DNA of 36,220 nucleotides from Trueperaceae bacterium. GTDB lineage: Bacteria > Deinococcota > Deinococci > Deinococcales > Trueperaceae. The notes beneath the pieces are model-generated. The model was not told the DNA's origin and did no database searches. It saw only the letters and a list, made by a program, of their open reading frames with translations. Shown in pieces: positions 34,146 through 36,220 of the stretch. The first letter of the stretch is position 1. Each line of letters opens with the position of its first letter. The position numbers and the translations under genes were made by a program. Location: the NCBI GenBank assembly GCA_035703635.1, contig DASSXV010000072.1, positions 1 to 36,220 of the forward strand, given 5' to 3'.

Positions 34146-35117
34146 ATGGCCGAGAAGCGCTTCATCGCCCGTCGCATCACCGAAAGCGACAAGATCCGGA
34201 TCCTCGCTAACGAAGGCAAACTCCTCGCCACCAGCGTCTACATGTGGCTCCTGCCGTACACGGACCGCGCTGGGCGCATCAACGCCAACGCCTACTACCT
34301 CAAGGGCGGCGTCTTCCAAGGCTACGGTTTCACCCTCGAGGAACTCACCGCCGCCATCGACGACCTAGCTCGCGTCGGCCTCGTCCACCTGTACAGCAAT
34401 GGCCGCCACGACCGCATCATCCAGTACGCGAAGTTCCACGTCGACGACGGCGGCTTCAACAAGCCGCACGAACGCGAAGCGGCCAGCACCTTCCCAGGCC
34501 CAGACGACGCCGGGAGCGTGTCAATCACCACGACGGGAACGGGAACCCACGAAGGACGAGACAAGGTACCGGACAAGGTGCGAGACGAGGTACCGAACCC
34601 CGCCACGACCCCGCCAAAGCGAAGCCCGGAGGAGCTTAAGGTTGAGGTTGAGCTAGAGCTAGAGCTTGAGCTTGAGAATAACCCCCCTACCCCCCAGGCA
34701 GCCGGCCCGCTACCCCCGCCAGATGTCGAGGCTGCGCCTCGACGCGCTCTAGGGAAACCCCAAGACGGCAAGAACAAGAACGGCAAGGCACGAAGTCCCG
34801 CCTTCGACCCCGCCAGCATCGTCCTCCCGGAGTTCGTCAGCCCGGACGTGTGGCGCGACTTCGTCGCCGACCGCAAGGAGCGTAAGCGACCCCTCACGCC
34901 CCGCGCCGTCGAACTGACCCTCGCCGATCTCGCCAAGACCCCCTTGGACGCCGACGAGATGCTGCGAACGTCCATCAAGCGCGGCTGGACGGGCGTCTTC
35001 CCACTCGACCGCAACAAACCCCGCGCCTCCCCGGCGCGTGACCTGCCGACAGCAGCGGACTTTGAGCGCGTCCCCACCAACGCCGAACTGCTTGGTCTCC
35101 CAGGAGGTGACCAGTGA
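34146..35117 (+). CDS. Phage replication initiator (lambda O / DnaD-like)
   Basis: N-terminal wHTH-like block, low-complexity linker with ELELELE, C-terminal WRDFVADRKERKRPLT...SIKRGWTGVF; precedes DnaC-like gene. Confidence 0.75.
   Translation: MAEKRFIARRITESDKIRILANEGKLLATSVYMWLLPYTDRAGRINANAYYLKGGVFQGYGFTLEELTAAIDDLARVGLVHLYSNGRHDRIIQYAKFHVDDGGFNKPHEREAASTFPGPDDAGSVSITTTGTGTHEGRDKVPDKVRDEVPNPATTPPKRSPEELKVEVELELELELENNPPTPQAAGPLPPPDVEAAPRRALGKPQDGKNKNGKARSPAFDPASIVLPEFVSPDVWRDFVADRKERKRPLTPRAVELTLADLAKTPLDADEMLRTSIKRGWTGVFPLDRNKPRASPARDLPTAADFERVPTNAELLGLPGGDQ
34548..34680 (+). repeat. 12-bp and 6-bp tandem repeats in the initiator gene (candidate origin)
   Basis: GACAAGGTACCG / GACAAGGTGCGA / GACGAGGTACCG at 34560-34595; GAGCTW-like hexamer run at about 34632-34676. 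Confidence 0.55.
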
Positions 35118-35902
35118 ACCACACCGCGCTCTACATCGATGCACCCACCCCCGAGCAACTGCGCAGCCTGACACCGCGCGACGCGCACGAACGGTACTGC
35201 TCCGCCGGCTGGATCGAGCAGGTCAGCGAGGACGGGTACACCGCAATGCTCAAGTGCCCCTACTGCGCAACGCGAGCCGCTGAGACCGAGTTGCGACTCG
35301 CCGTCGAAGCCAGCGGCATCGGCAGCCGCTACCTCGACACCACCTGGGCTGACCTCGACCTCCCCGACCCCCTACCCGCCCTCAAGGCGGCGAGTGAGCG
35401 CATCACCGAGATCATCACGAGCGGCCACAACGCCCTGCTGGCCGGCCCGCCCGGCACCGGCAAGACCCAAGCCGCCACGCTGCTGCTCAAGGCCGCCATC
35501 GCCGAAGGCCACACCGCCCGCCTCGCCAACATCGGGCACACCGCCATGACCGTCCGCGCCGGGTACGACGACCACCAGGCGGGCGACAGCGAAGCTGCCG
35601 TCGTCGAACGCCTCGCCCGCCCAAGCCTGCTCGTCATCGACGACATCGGCGCCGGCGAAGCAGGGGAAGGGAAACTCGAACTCCGCATCCTCTACTTCGT
35701 CCTCGAGCAACGTCAGAACGCGAGGCGCGCCACTGTCCTCACCAGCAACCTCACCCCGCAGCAGGTCACGGCCTTCCTGGGGACGCGCATCACGAACCGC
35801 CTAATGCCGTTGGAGACCTTCGTGTTCAATCACGGCCGCAACTTCCGCACCCCCAAGGGCACCAACGCCTGGCGGCCAACCACCCCCGAGGCCACCCGAT
35901 GA
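35114..35902 (+). CDS. DnaC/IstB-like AAA+ helicase loader
   Basis: C...CPYC Zn motif, GPPGTGKT, LLVIDDIG, LTSNL, RITNRL. Confidence 0.88.
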   Translation: MNHTALYIDAPTPEQLRSLTPRDAHERYCSAGWIEQVSEDGYTAMLKCPYCATRAAETELRLAVEASGIGSRYLDTTWADLDLPDPLPALKAASERITEIITSGHNALLAGPPGTGKTQAATLLLKAAIAEGHTARLANIGHTAMTVRAGYDDHQAGDSEAAVVERLARPSLLVIDDIGAGEAGEGKLELRILYFVLEQRQNARRATVLTSNLTPQQVTAFLGTRITNRLMPLETFVFNHGRNFRTPKGTNAWRPTTPEATR

Positions 35903-36075
35903 GCCCCGTCCTCTGGATGCTCGTCGGCGCGTGGATAGGCGCGCCAATCGGCGTGCTCGCCATCGCCCTCTGCCAGGCTGCGGCCAGGGGAGACGCGCAC
36001 TTGGACCCCACCAGTCGACGCCAAGCCGAGATGGAGCAACGCGTGTGGGACGCCGCGAACAGGAGCAACGAATGA
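35899..36075 (+). CDS. Small N-terminal TM protein (58 aa, not in ORF track)
   Basis: MSPVLWMLVGAWIGAPIGVLAIALCQAAARGD...; ATGA overlap with the DnaC-like stop. Confidence 0.65.
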   Translation: MSPVLWMLVGAWIGAPIGVLAIALCQAAARGDAHLDPTSRRQAEMEQRVWDAANRSNE

Positions 36076-36096
36076 CGCCCAGGAAGGAGGCCGACC

Positions 36097-36220
36097 ATGG
36101 CCAGACGCTCGAAAGCCACACCTAAAAAGCTCGGCGAGTTCCTCGACCTCCTCGCCACCAACGGCAACGTCACAATCTCCGCCCAAGAACTCAACCTCGA
36201 CCGCCGCAAGCTCTACCGCC
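36097..36220 (+). CDS. Probable terminase small subunit-like HTH protein (partial)
   Basis: AAGGAGG RBS; MARRSKATPKKLGEFLDLLATNGNVTISAQELNLDRRKLYR resembles the N-terminal HTH of TerS-type proteins. Confidence 0.55.
   Translation, partial: MARRSKATPKKLGEFLDLLATNGNVTISAQELNLDRRKLYR

Larger units (their letters stand above)
23507..36220. mobile_element. Temperate prophage, left arm (continues beyond window)
   Basis: tRNA att fragment, integrase, CI-like repressor, Xis-like HTHs, RecT, replication initiator + DnaC-like loader, TerS-like start. Confidence 0.93.

Noticed and set aside
34548-34680. CRISPR array or other non-coding repeat array
   Set aside because: Repeats are 6-12 bp, contiguous, in-frame and lack spacers; no cas genes or spaced repeats seen anywhere in the window.
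35114-35902. IS21 istB transposition gene
   Set aside because: No istA transposase or terminal repeats; its position after a phage initiator fits a DnaC-like loader.

Overview
GC-rich bacterial chromosome segment. It is probably from Deinococcota (Truepera-like); this is inferred from the many leaderless TANNNT-N6/7-start genes and from protein style, not from a database match. Bases 1-23.5 kb are host genes: pstSCAB (pstB cut by the window edge), a serine hydrolase, a Gfo/Idh/MocA oxidoreductase, a proXWV-type betaine ABC transporter behind a long structured leader, hxlR/yceI, an ABC exporter pair, a split lipoate ligase, an FNR/CRP-box-preceded CopD-like + TusA-like pair, UvrD-like and DEAD-box helicases, rpsT, a TrmJ-like methyltransferase and a uracil-DNA glycosylase. 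From 23507 to the window end is the left arm of a prophage inserted in the anticodon loop of tRNA-Arg(ACG); only the 3' half of the tRNA is here. It carries a tyrosine integrase, a toxin-antitoxin-chaperone (HigB/RelE - HTH - SecB-like) cassette, a LexA/CI-type repressor, an early operon (two Xis-like HTHs, small Zn-finger genes, Rad50-like ATPase, RecT, MBL hydrolase), replication genes and the start of a probable terminase small subunit. The strongest candidate for a new system is the prophage TAC module. Its antitoxin ends in an ssrA-like tag (GDNEYLAAA) and its SecB carries a Lys-rich tail. All calls come from reading motifs by eye; no searches were run.
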